Assembly: GCF_009914755.1 (NCBI RefSeq)
Contig: NC_060925.1
DNA length: 64,000 nucleotides
Direction: 5' to 3' (one strand)
Source: the human T2T-CHM13v2.0 reference genome, Homo sapiens
The position numbers and the translations under genes were made by a program. Shown here piece after piece: positions 27,680 to 43,930 of the stretch. Every line of letters begins with the position of its first letter. Position 1 is the stretch's first letter. The notes beneath the pieces are model-generated. The model was not told the DNA's origin. It saw only the letters and a program-made list of their open reading frames with translations, and made no database searches.

Positions 27680-28380
27680 TTCGGCCTAGGAGGCCCTTCC
27701 CGCCCCTTTTCGCCTAGCTAACTCTTTCGGTACTCAACCACCAACTCCTAATCCTCCCTGGTCCCCCAAGTGGGCTAGGGGCTTCTTGGGAGTCCCTCGC
27801 ACTGCTCTAAGCATCCAGGCAGAGTCATTATTCCGGGTGCCAGGTTGCTCTTTTTCCAGCAGCCTTCAGGGGACTCCTGGCTGGGCGGAGTCTGTAGAGG
27901 CGCGCGGAGTCCTGGGAGAGCGTCAGATGTATTTCCTTTCCCTTTTTTCGCTCGTGTCCCGCCGGGTGGCGCTCACCACCTCCCCGGAACACGCGAGTCT
28001 CCTGTCGCGGTTCCGGTCGGAATTACCCCGTGGAGCACGCCGATATGGCTGCGCTGACACTGAGGGGTGTCCGGGAGCTGCTGAAGCGTGTGGACCTCGC
28101 GACGGTCCCGCGGAGACATCGATATAAGAAGAAATGGGTAAGGTCCGGCTGGGGGCGCAGGAGGGAAAAGTGAGGGTGGAAACTTCTCCAGTCTTTCCGT
28201 TTCCCGGCCCTCTAGAACGCCTAGCGTCTTTCCCAAGCACTCCACGGAACGTCCTTAGGCACCTCCCTCTCTCGTCTTTTCCGTCACCGCCTCTGTCCGC
28301 ACTCTATGTCCCGAGCGTTAGTGTCTTCCACTTGTTACGTCTGCAGTCTCCTGACTCCGCCCAAGTTGCGTCATCACCTT
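27680..28380 (+). promoter_or_regulatory. NSUN4: NSUN4 CpG-island promoter
   Basis: CpG-rich and TATA-less; GC boxes (ccgccc ~27700, gggcgg ~27883); ETS/GABP-type TTCCGG at ~27831 and ~28011. Confidence 0.8.
28045..28137 (+). CDS. NSUN4: NSUN4 exon 1 (mitochondrial targeting peptide, MAALTLRGVRELLKRVDLATVPRRHRYKKKW)
   Basis: ATG at 28045; 93 nt; donor GTAAGG. Confidence 0.95.
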
Positions 28381-28509
28381 CGCCTTCATTCTTTTAGTGA
28401 TGTCACTGTCTCTTGTTCCCCAGCTGTGTCCACCTACCTTTCTGTCCCCCACTCCCCCTTTTACTTCCCTCCCTCCCCTCCCCCTTTCCCTTGCCCATTC
28501 TTCCCCCAC

Positions 28510-31020
28510 ATGACTTCTCCTTTCCTCATTGATTTTCCAGCCCGGTCGCCCTCACCCCTCGGAAAATACCATAGCGACCTTGCCTGCACTCCTGGGTCTC
28601 CGCCGCCTTGCAGGAAAGGATTCAGCCCCTTCCTCAACCTCGAGCTGCCTCTGGCGACCGGGCAAGGTTACAGCGACCACCCTGTCCATACTGCCGGCCC
28701 AAACCCTGGCAAAAGGTGCAACGAATCCTCTCATCCTCTGGACTCTCCTTGCTTCTCCAGAGACCCTTTTTCTTGCCTCACTGGAAGCCCTGGAATTTCT
28801 TCTATGACCGGCACGCCCCCCTGCCCACCCCAGCCGATTCCCTCGCCACCTCCACCATCTCTTCCACCCCCACAACCTTCCTCGCACTCAGGGAGATGGT
28901 CTTTTGAGTCCTCTTCCCCACTCCTGGAAAGGACCTACTGCCGCTAGCCCTGCCACTCGGGTTCCCCACTCTCCAGCCCTTATTTTGAGCAGTTCAGCAT
29001 TCCGGGGTCACCCCCTCTCTGTCAGCGGACACCTTATTGCAGCTGGATGAGTCCCTCCAGAATGCGGCGTCCCTGTCTTCAAGGCACGTACTGTGACCAG
29101 CACACTAATCTCTGTTACTCTAGCGGATGGCCTTCAGCTTTTAGAACCAGCCCGGCAACCTCCTTTCCCCTTGCTCATCAGTCCCCGGGAACGAGCCCAG
29201 TGACCTCCCCTCAGCTCACTCATGTACCCTTGGAAACTGGACCCATGATTTCGCCTCCTCCTACACATAGGACCCCGGGAACTTGCCTCACGATTTCACC
29301 TCCTCTTGCTCGCCGGCCGGTGGAAACTAGTCCTATGGCCTCCCCAACCCTTTCTCACAGAGTTTTGGAAACTGGGCTGATGATCTCTCTGCCCTCTCAC
29401 TGGTTCTCAGGGAGAAGTTATAATGACCCCCTTCTCTCCCCAGCATCTTCCCCACCTACTGGCAGCTTTTACCATGGCAGCCTTAAGCCTCTAGACTCTT
29501 GTGAACCCAAACCACAGCTTGACCTGCCCCTTGAGAAAAATTGTTGTGGCTTCCCACTCTCTTCTCAGGCAGGCATGCCTGGCTCTCCCAGCTCACCTCA
29601 GGAGGGCTCTTATCATTACTCCCATCTTTCCTCAGAGGCCTACATACCTACCCCTGGGAGTCCTTGCTATGCCATCTGCCTGTGCCCCGGGAGTACTGAT
29701 TCTCCTTGCTCACCCCAGTCCCAGGCTCCCAGGAAGGCTTGCATTGAGTCCCTTCTCTCCTGGGAGGCAACTGGGAACTCTTACCTCATCCTAACCCCGG
29801 ACACCACAACTTCTGGTCCCCCCTGTTCCCAGGAACCATCTCGTCCCCATGGTCCTCATTCTGTCCTTTCCTTCCCTTCACCCCTGGGCAACCAGTTTAT
29901 ATCTCCACCCCAGTCACTTCCCCGCAGAAGCTATAATGAACCCCCTCTTCCCACTCCAGTTTCCCCCCAACCGAAGTCCCCTAAGTCCCCAGAGTTAAGA
30001 CAGTCACATACTCCCCACAAATGTCTCTCCCTAGTCAACACTCCCCAGCACACCCCTTCTGGCCAGCCCAAGCCCGCTAAGGCCCACACCTGTCCCCCAC
30101 CTCCCTCCTGCCTCTCTGGTCCTTCTTGTATGCAGCCATACATCACAACTCCTTCAAATTCCAGCCCCAAAGAACTTCCCCCAGGGACTACCTTACTGAC
30201 TGTGGTCCCTAGAGCTCTCAAAAGTGTTATCCCCACTTCTTTTCCCCTCTGCCTTCCTTGTGATCCTGTCTCGGCCAATAGTTATGCTCAGAGCAGCCGC
30301 CATGGACCCTCCATAGGGCCCCCCTGCAATACCCATATATGCTCTGTGGTTCCCTCCACCCCCCATCCCTGCCCACTGTCTGGCTCCCTCAATCATTCGA
30401 CAGGCCCCCCTCCCATTGTGCCCCTGTGTGACACCTATAGCACTCCCAGGGGCCCACCCCAACCTCGTTGTCAGCCTGTGATGCCTCCTTGTTCTACCCA
30501 CATCTATTCTTTTATCCCTTTGAGAACACCCTTTGATCCTCAAAGTTTACCCATTGTCCCCCGAGTCCGGGCCTACCCTGATACTGTCCCCTGTGGCCTC
30601 CATATCTACCCTGTGGCCTCTCAAGGCCCTTGCAAAGAGCCTCTGCAGATCCCCTACAGCTGCCCTTTGCCTTCATCCAAGGATTCCAGCTGTAGCACCA
30701 ATCCCAGCTGTAGTTCGACTATTATTAGCAAATGCCAGAGTAGTGACAGCGAGAGCAGGAGTTCCCACCAAAGCCAAAGCCGGAGCCAAAGCAAGAGTCC
30801 CCATGATGGCAGAAGTCAGAGCTGGAGCAAGAGGCATCATCTGAGCAGAAGTCCAAGTCAGAAAAGCAGTCCCTATCCTAGCAGAAGCTGGGGCCGGAGC
30901 AGTAATCCTCAACAAAACACAAGTCAGGGCCAGAGTGAGAGTCCCCAACTTAGCATAAATGAGCACCAGGGTGAGAGTCCCCAAATTAGCAGAGGTCAGG
31001 GCAAGAGCAAGAGTCTATGA
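28510..31020 (+). pseudogene. Intron-nested SHTAP-like (sperm head and tail associated protein) Pro/Ser/Cys-rich reading frame: 145 codons, TAG, then 690 codons, with a frameshifted tail to ~31221
   Basis: ORFs 28306..28947 and 29047..31020 share a frame, separated only by TAG 28945-28947; no transposon sequence; internal peptide repeats; mouse SHTAP is encoded from the Nsun4 locus (recalled). Confidence 0.75.
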
Positions 31021-31479
31021 TGGCAAAAGTCGGAACCGGAGCAAGAGTCCCCAACATGGCAAAGGTCAAGGCCAGAGCAAGAGTCCCCAACATAGCAGGA
31101 GCCAGAGCAAGAGTCCCAGCGAGGCAAAAGTCACAGAGCAAGAGTCCTCACCATAACAAGAAATGAGGGCCAGAGCAAAAGTTCTGACCAGACCAAAAAT
31201 CTAGGCCAGAGCAAGGCATAGATAGTAACAAGATTGCCAGCTATAGCAAGCATCCCAGCTGCAGCAACCAGGACCGACTTGTGCACTCCTCATCTGAAGT
31301 CTTCATTTCTCTTTTACTCTGCCTCCTTGTTCTTGTCCTCTTGTCCCCTGCTACCCCCATAGCAGTCATCCTAGAAGTCCCTGTTTTGGTTCACACCTCA
31401 AGATTCTGTGGGCCCTCCTTATCCAACCTTTCTGGGGTCTGGGAACTCTCCCAGCATGACCCTCAACCCTCTGATTCTA

Positions 31480-31630
31480 AGCATGGTGGTGCTAGTCACT
31501 GTGTGACGCTAGGTAAGTTACCCACATCTCTTCATCAAATTGAAATGTTGTTAATTTTTTTTTGTATCTTACTGAGCTATCAGTTGTAGTGCTCACATAA
31601 GCTAGTAGACATGAAAGTGCTTTGAAAATA
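31480..31630. mobile_element. MIR fragment
   Basis: ctagtcactgtgtgacgctaggtaagttacccacatctcttcatc...tgaaagtgctttg. Confidence 0.55.
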
Positions 31631-32018
31631 GAACTGTTCAGAAGAAAAGGGCCTTTTGCTTTTAAGTTCAAAGCTTCCCAGAGCCTCCATAGTTTCTCCT
31701 AATCTTCTGCAGGCTCTCCTCAAGAGTCCTCTCCTGAGCTCCCATATTCCTAAGTTCCTCTTTCTCCAAGGTCCCCCTTCTTGATGACCCCCGCACAGTA
31801 CCGTGAGAGTTACATCTTTATCTGACAACCCTGGGATGGGAAGGCCCACTCTCCACTACTTTTCCCTCTCACACTTCTCTGGCAGGCAGGCAGGATGCAA
31901 AAGCAGGAGTGGGCACTAGCTGGATCCAAGTTTGCCCCTAGGCTCTGAGGTGGGGGTCAGGTAGTAGGGGGTAGAGTCAAGACTGGGAAAACCAATAAGC
32001 CTGTCCTCTCTCTTTTAG

Positions 32019-32363
<345 letters not shown>

Positions 32364-33118
32364 TAGGATCTGGAGCCATGACTGGAGCGGTCCTGAGTGT
32401 CTGCTGGAAGTAGACATGTTGAGACCCAGCTTCTACCCTCTGTAATAAGGACCATAATATTGCTAATATTTATGGCATGTTTATACAGACTAGGCATTTT
32501 TTTGAGGTGCTGTACATATGTTATCTCTTTTTGTTCTGTCAGCAGCCTTATGAAGTAGGTAATATTATTGCTGTTTTACATTTGGAGAAACTGAGGTACA
32601 GAGAAGTTAAGATTCTTACTTGCTTTAGGTCCCTCAGATGGTAAGTGGTGTGACTAATATTTAGACCCAGAACCTGCACTTTGAACCCACTCTGCTCTGT
32701 GCCTCTGGTAGAAAACAGCCACCTTTTACATGAGCACTCACTGGGCCCTCTCAAGTTGAAATGTGTTATTCACAGCAGTCTTCTCATTTTGCCCTCACAG
32801 CCACCCATCAAAGTGAATAGGAAAAGTAACTTCATGGTAGCAAAGAGGTAGTGGGACTTTCCTAGGAAATAGGGCTGGTCTAGGGGCACAAACTTGGTAT
32901 TAGACTGGGAAAAAGAAAGGAGAAGTTCAGTTTCTTGATTCAATCCTCATGTATATGAAGTTGAATGAGAAAAGACTGCAGAATCAAATGCTGAATTATG
33001 CTTTAACAATTAAGGAGAGCTCAATGTTAGTTGTAGGGTATGGGAATTGATTTTTGAAAGACTGATTTATTTATTAAAAAATATTGGCCGGGTGTGGTGG
33101 CTCACGCCTTTAATCCTA

Positions 33119-33392
<274 letters not shown>

Positions 33393-33606
33393 CTACCAAA
33401 TGCTAGGCATTTAAGTGCCTTGATGAACAAGCCCTCATAGAGCTTCCAGTTTAGTGAGGAAGACAGCTATTTAAAAACAATAATTGGCCAGGCACAGTGG
33501 TTCACACCTGTAATCCCAGCACTTTGGGAGGCCGAGGCGGGCAGATCATCTGAGGTTAGGAGTTCAAGACCAGCCTGGCCAAAATGGTGAAACCCCATCT
33601 CTACTA

Positions 33607-33792
<186 letters not shown>

Positions 33793-33835
33793 TTAGCCAG
33801 GCATGGTGGCGGGCACCTGTAATCCCAGATATTCA

Positions 33836-33946
<111 letters not shown>

Positions 33947-34118
33947 TCAATCAGTAAATAAATAATCATTCTGGCTCCCGTATAGATGAATGAATAAGTG
34001 AATAAGTAAGTGTGGGTCTGAAAAATGAGTTTTTGGTGATTGGAGCTCAAGCCCCAGAGGGCATAGACTTGGTGGCCTAGACTCCCAGTGGGTGTCCTGA
34101 CCTGGAATTTAACAATAA

Positions 34119-34358
<240 letters not shown>

Positions 34359-34549
34359 TAATATGGTAGGTTCGGCCAGGCGCAGTGGCTCCCGCCTGTA
34401 ATCCCAGCACTTTGGGAAGCCGAGGGAGGCGGACCACCTGATGTCAGGAGTTCCAGACCAGCCTGGTCAACATGGTGAAACACCATCTCTACTAAAAATA
34501 CATAAATTAGCTGGGTGTGGTGGTGCACTCCTGTAATACCAGCTACTCA

Positions 34550-34726
<177 letters not shown>

Positions 34727-35072
34727 CTAAGCTTGTGTATTTTTTCATTAGTTCCTCTCTTTCTCTGTCAATTGGTCAAGAAAGATTGCTGAGCAAGTTC
34801 TCTGAAGTCAGATTGAAGTAGGGCTCTGATCAGTTGATCACATGATACACACTCCTCTTCATCTGTTTACTTTTCCTCTAAGATTAAGCCCATTTCTTTA
34901 GCCTACCAACTAAAATGATAAGATCTGCCTGCAGCCACCATTTATATGCTTTATATGTCACTCTTCTAGGCTTTATGTGCTTTAACCTTACTCTGCTACT
35001 CTCTGTTGCCTTTGCTCTTGTTAAATTTTCTCCCTGGAATTCCCTCACCCTTGGCTGTCCAAATCCTTTTGA

Positions 35073-35303
<231 letters not shown>

Positions 35304-35769
35304 TAGCCAGGATGGTCTCAATCTCCTGACCTTGTGATCTGCCCGCCTAGGCCTCCCAAATTGCTGGGATTACAGGCATGAGCCACCGCGCCCAGCCCCT
35401 TGTGTCAAGTACTCACTTCAGCCATCCACTGGCTGATATCCTGCCTGCCCAGTCATCCTTTTGACTTTCAAGCCTCAGCTCAAGTGTGCCACCTCCTGGA
35501 CGTCTGTCCTTACGACCTCTGCTGGCCGGTTCAGAAATGATGCCTGTCTCCTACGCTCCCACAGCATGGGTATCGCCCTTGCAACATTAGCCTTGCCTTA
35601 GGGCTTTACTAGTTATATATCTTCTCCCTCTTAAAGATGATGGATTCTGGCCGGGCACGGTGGCTCACGCCTATAATTCCAGCACTTTGGAAGGCTGAGG
35701 CGGGTGGATCACCTGAGGTCAGGAGTTCAAGACAAGCCTGGCTAACATGGTAAAACCCCGTTTCTATTA

Positions 35770-35925
<156 letters not shown>

Positions 35926-35998
35926 TCAAAAAAAAAAAAAAAAAAAAAAAAAAAGTGGATTCCTTGGGGATAGGCCCACATCTTATTTGTCTCAGTAA

Positions 35999-36593
<595 letters not shown>

Positions 36594-38381
36594 TGATCCG
36601 CCCACCTTGGCCTCCCAAAGTGCTGGGATTACAGGCGTGAGCCACCGCGCCTGGCGCCTTGTGCACTGTTAAGTACTCACTTCAGCCATCCACTGGCCGA
36701 TATCCTGCCTTAAAATAGATAGTTTTTTTCCTTTGGCCCCTGACAAAGGGCCGTAATTTACACACCTAACCTGGAGCTCAGCCAGGCTTCTCTTGCCGTG
36801 TGCCCAAGCCCTTCTGTTGGACCTAGACCCTTCTTTTCCAGGTCTTGTCAGCCAGCTTGCACAGTTTGAGTCAGCATCCAGCCTTATGATAGGCATTGGT
36901 TGATTCAGAGAGATATCACATTCGGTCATAGCCTTCTGGAAGTCCAGAGGGAGAGAAGAAAAGGTGGGGTCATGGGCTTAATGAATCCAATGCAAGAGAG
37001 CCCAGCCTGTGTGCTGGACAATTCTTATCTGACTGAATGCTGTGGGAATCCATTAGAAGGGAGATGAGTAAGGGTAGGGTTACTTGGAGGAGGAGGAACT
37101 TGAACTAGGAGGAGGAAGAAGGGCAAAGAAGAAGTAATTGAGAGTTGTTCTTCTAAGGCATGCTTAACTATCAGCACCTCACCTTCATCCCAGCTCCTCA
37201 TCAAGCGACAACTCTTGATCCGAGGAAAACGGGATCACAGAATTTGTATAAGAAGGGAAATTAGTGTTTACTTAGTCTAGCCCTCATATTTTATGGAGGG
37301 AGAAATTGAGTTCTGTGGAGATTAAATAAATAATACAAGAATTGGAGGTAGAGCCAGAACTGGAACCCATCTTTCTTTTTCTCAGTTCATATCCTTCTGC
37401 AAATTCCTCTAGAGCAGAGAATACAATTTTTACTTCTTTGAGTGCCCTCAAAAATGGAGACATTGGCCGGGGGGCGGTGACTCACGCCTGTAATCCCAGC
37501 ACAAGCTAGGAGGCTGAGGCAGGTGGAATACTTGAGTCCAGGAGTTCGAGACTAGCCTGGGCAACATAGACCTCATCTTCATTAAAATAAAAAAAAAGGA
37601 GACATTTATTTATGGGATTACTAAGCTGGTTCATAGTAGTGACCACTATTAGATAAGGTGGACACTTGCATCTCGCATTCTTTACCATTCCCACCCTACC
37701 TTGTTGTTCTTTGACTCAGAGGCCAGGTATCAAGTGTCATTTATCATCAAGCTTGCAATATTTTTCTCATAGTAGCACTAAGAGCAAAGTGAGATATTTC
37801 TTGAACTCATGTCTACCAATAAAGAGAAAATGAAAGGTAGATGGTAAATCAGAATTAGGTTTGGTTGCATTTGATAGAAAACCTAACTAATTGGCTTAAA
37901 GAGGAAACATTAATTTATCTCTTACATAAGAGAAGCTGAGATATAGGCACTCCAGGTATGGAGGCTCCACAATTATCAGGGACTTAAGCTCCCTTTTTCC
38001 TTTTGCAACGTATTTTGTTGCTAGTGTCAGCCTTAGCCTCCCTCCCTTTAAGAGGGAGAAGATATGTAACTAGTAAAGCTCTAAGGCAAGGCCTCATGGT
38101 CCAGAATGACTGCTGGAAGTCCAGCCATCACATCCATATTTGAGTCAAGAGGAAAGGATTGGGCAAAAGAGACTCATTTCATCTCCCAATTATGTCAGCC
38201 TTTTAAAAATATCTTCCCAGAATTCCTATCCAATACTTATGCCTACAACTATGACCAAAAGTTAGTCATATAGTCATACTTAGTTGTAAAAGAAAGGCTT
38301 AGCCGGGTGTGGTGGCTCACACCTGTAATCCCAGCACTTTGGGAGGCCGAGGCAGGCAGATCACCTGAGGTCGGGAGTTCA

Positions 38382-38669
<288 letters not shown>

Positions 38670-38745
38670 CTAAATAAACTGTAGTATCTACCAAAGATGA
38701 AGAGAGCCATAGGTTTCCAGAATAGTGGGAGAGCATATTTTTTTA

Positions 38746-39086
<341 letters not shown>

Positions 39087-39679
39087 TAGCCAGGATGGTC
39101 TCGATCTCCTGACCTTGTGATCCGCCTGCCTTGTCCTCCCAAAGTGCTGGGATTACAGGTGTGAGCCACCGTGCCTGGCCTTCCAGTCTCTTTTTAAAAA
39201 ATTATTTAAATATATTTTTATTTTTGTAGAAATGAGGTATCGCTATGTTGCCCAGGCTGGTCTTGAACTCCTGGGCTGAAGCAATCCACCTACTTTGGCG
39301 TCCTCCCAAAGTGCTGGGATGAGAGGCGTGAGCCACTATGCCCAGACTCAGAGACCCTGTCTTTAAAAAAAAAAAAAAAGAATGTGGCTGGGTGCAGTGG
39401 CTCACACCTGTAATCCTAGCACTTTGGGAGGCCAAGGCAGGCGGGATCACCTGAGGTCAGGAGTTCAAGACCAGCCTGGCCAACATGGTGAAATGCTGTC
39501 TCTACTAAAAATGCAAAAATTAGCCGGGTATAGTGGTGCACACCCATAGTCCCAGCTACTCAGGAGGCTAAGGCATGATAATCACTTGAACCCAGGAGGT
39601 GGAGGTTGCAGTGAGCTGAGAGTGTGCCACTGAACTCCAGCCTGGGCGACAGAATGAGACTCTGTCTTAAAAAAAAAAC

Positions 39680-39842
39680 AAAAGGAAAGAGAGGGAGAGA
39701 AAGAAAAGGAGAGAAAGGAAAGGGAGGAAAGGGGAGAGGGAAAGGAGAGAAGAAAGGCGAAAGTAATGGGGAAAGGAAAAGGGGAAAGGGGAAAGAAAGG
39801 GGAGAAAGGGGAGAGAGGACAGGAAAGGAGAAAGGAAAGGAG
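39680..39842 (+). repeat. GA-rich polypurine low-complexity tract
   Basis: ~160 nt almost entirely A/G after an Alu tail. Confidence 0.85.
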
Positions 39843-40065
39843 TCTTACTTGGTCTGCTTTATTCATTGACTTAAATAACTTTGATACTTTCTGGCCCATT
39901 TAGGTGTTTGCCATTGTACCCCCACTCAGAATGACTGATGCTGTGCCATGCACATAATAAATGTTCCTGATGCTGGGGTTTGCATTGGCTGGGACTACCT
40001 GAGAATTGGTCTGACTCCATCAGCGCCATTGCTGGTGGAATGTTTCATTGGGTCATGGCCTCTGA

Positions 40066-40257
<192 letters not shown>

Positions 40258-40712
40258 TGATTTAGGACATGCATCCAGCTTAATGCGGCCTCCCCATCCT
40301 GGTTCTAGGGCCTGAGGGGTTAGGATCCAGCCCCTATGTTTGAGCATGTAGAGCTGTTTCTGGACTGGCCAGTTCTACATTGGTGATTTGACCAAAAGAA
40401 AAATCAGCTTAGATGACTGGTTATTATCTCTATTAAAGATAGTTGGCAGCAAAAAAGAATTTGAAACTATTTGAGTAGGGGAAAAATTTACTAGGCTTAC
40501 TTTATTTCTCAAGTCACTTGGTTGCTCAGAAAGCCTCATGAAGGTAAGTAAGAATAAGCTCATTTATTTATTTTTGAATGTTAGTACAGCACATGGTACA
40601 AAATTCAGAAGGCACAAAAGAGTATCCAATGAAAAGTGAGTTTTTCTCATCTGGCCTGTAGCCCCCTACTTCCCCACCCTATAGATAACGATTGTTTCTT
40701 TTTTTTTTTTGA

Positions 40713-40820
<108 letters not shown>

Positions 40821-41341
40821 TAGCTGGGATTACAAGCGCCCACCACCACGCCCGGCTAATTTTTGTATTTTTTTTAGTAGAGACGGGGCTTCACCATCTT
40901 GGCCAGGCTGGTCTTGACCTCCTGACCTCGTGATCCACCCGCCTCGGCCTCCCAAAGTGCTAGGATTACAGGCGTGAGCCACTGCGCCCAGCCGGTAGTA
41001 TATTATATTATACTCACTATTCTGAACTTTGTATTTTTTTATTTAATAATGTGTCCTGGGGTTAAATCCTTTTTTAATTTTGTTGACATTGTGGAAGTAT
41101 AGTTGTTGAATAACAGTTTACATCCATTTAAGATTTTGATAGCGATTGCTAAATTTCTCTGTGGAGGTTAAACCAGTTTCACTCCTACTGGTAATGAATG
41201 AGTACTGATTTCCCACATGCTGCCAATATTGGTGCTATCAAACTTAATTTTTTTGCCAAATGGATAGTATCTAATTTACAATCTCTTATTAATCATGTTG
41301 AAAATCTCCATATTAATTTTTTTAAAGTTTTTTTTTTTTGA

Positions 41342-41461
<120 letters not shown>

Positions 41462-41490
41462 TAGAGTGTGCCACCATGCCCAGCAAATGA

Positions 41491-41631
<141 letters not shown>

Positions 41632-41892
41632 TAAGTTATTTATTTTATTTTAAATGGCATACTCTAAAAATATTTGTTTAGAACACATATTTCTAAAAAT
41701 ATATAAAATATATAGCTGTTGTCTCTGTGTTGTCACCTGATTTACCTAATCTGTCTAGTTCTCACCATTCTGCCTCAACCACTCTAAGAAACTGAAAGAA
41801 AGACCAAGGCTTATGGAATCTTAGATAGGCTTGAGACTTGCTTTCTGCCTGTGTAGGAATCCCCTACTCATTTTTTTCTTTTTTTTTTTTGA

Positions 41893-42066
<174 letters not shown>

Positions 42067-42924
42067 TAGTAGAGACGGGGTTTCACCATGTTGGTCAGAC
42101 TGGTCTCGAACACCTGACCTCAAGTGATCCATTAGCCTCAGCCTCCCAAAGTGCTGGGATTATAGGCGTGAGCCACTGCGCCCGGCCTATTCATTTTTCT
42201 TGATATGAGAGCAGTGGAACATGATGGAGAGAGCATGACCTCTCCTGTCAGCCTAACCAGTTTCTACATTACAGGGGTGCTACTTACTAACCTTAGGCAA
42301 ACTGTTGATCTTGCTGAACTTCAACCTCTTCGTTTGTGAAACAGGGTAATCCTACCACTTAGGATTATTGTGAGGATTCAGTGAGAGTATCCAGGGAAAG
42401 CACTTAGTATAGTACCTGGCGGTGAAGATTAGGCAAGCAGGACCCATTATCATTATTCAGCCTATGCTTAAACACATCCGTTGATGGGTGCACACTGAGA
42501 TTCTGTTGTTGAACACTTACAATGTTAGGAAGTTCTGCCTCTTACTGCAATCTGTAGATAGCATGGTATATGGGTTAGGGCAAGGATTCTGGAGTCAGAC
42601 TGCTTGGATTAGTCCTGGTTCCATTACTTATCAGCCAGAGAAGTTTCGGTGAGTTACTTAACTTTCAGTTAAGCTTCAGCTTCTTCATCTGTAAAATGAG
42701 GATAATAGTATAGTGCCTATCCCGTAGGTGAAAATTAAATAAGAATGCATTTGGCACAATGTCTGGAATATAGAAAACATTCAGTAGTAGTATAATCATC
42801 ACAATCCTTACCATTATTATTATTATTTCCATTCATTGATCCTAGCTACTTATTTTAGAACAATATAGAATGAGTGACCTGCTATTTCACTTGACAGCTT
42901 TAATGTTTGAAGATGTCTTTGTTA

Positions 42925-43451
<527 letters not shown>

Positions 43452-43627
43452 TAATTTTTTAACTTTTTGTAGAGATGAGGTCTCACTATGTTGTCCAAGC
43501 TGGTCTCGAATTCCTGAGCTCAAGTGATCCTCCTGCCTCAGCCCCCCAAAGCATTAGGATTACAGGTGTGAGCCACCGTGCCCAGCCGTGTTAAGCACTT
43601 TAGATGCAAAGAAGAATGCTACTTCAA

Positions 43628-43930
43628 GGCTGGGCGCGGTGGCTCACGCCTGTATTCCCAGCACTTTGGGAGGCCAAGGCGGGCGGATCACGAGGTCAGG
43701 AGATGGAGACCATCCTGGCTAACACGGTGAAACCCCGTCTCTACTAAAAATACAAAAAATTAGCCGGGTGAGATGGCGGGCGCCTGGAATCCCAGCTACT
43801 CGGGAGGCTGAGGCAGGAGAATGGCGTAAACCCTGTGGGGCAGAGCCTGCAGTGAGCCGAGATCGCGCCACTGCACTCCAGCCTGGGAGACAGCGAGATT
43901 CCGTCTCAAAAAAAAAAAAGAAGAAGAAGA
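43628..43930 (+). mobile_element. AluY (AluYe-like), full length
   Basis: TSD aagaagaat(g/a)ctacttca; same gagcctgcagtgag and gacagcgag diagnostics as the copy at 24232. Confidence 0.7.

Noticed and set aside
27786-28509. Overlapping ORFs on both strands around NSUN4 exon 1
   Set aside because: Expected stop-codon depletion in a GC-rich CpG island; no recognisable products
29931-30984. Antisense ORFs of 103-116 aa opposite the nested ORF
   Set aside because: Shadows of a biased, repetitive coding strand
30760-31221. CRISPR-like array
   Set aside because: Eukaryotic DNA; degenerate tandem coding repeat with no unique spacers
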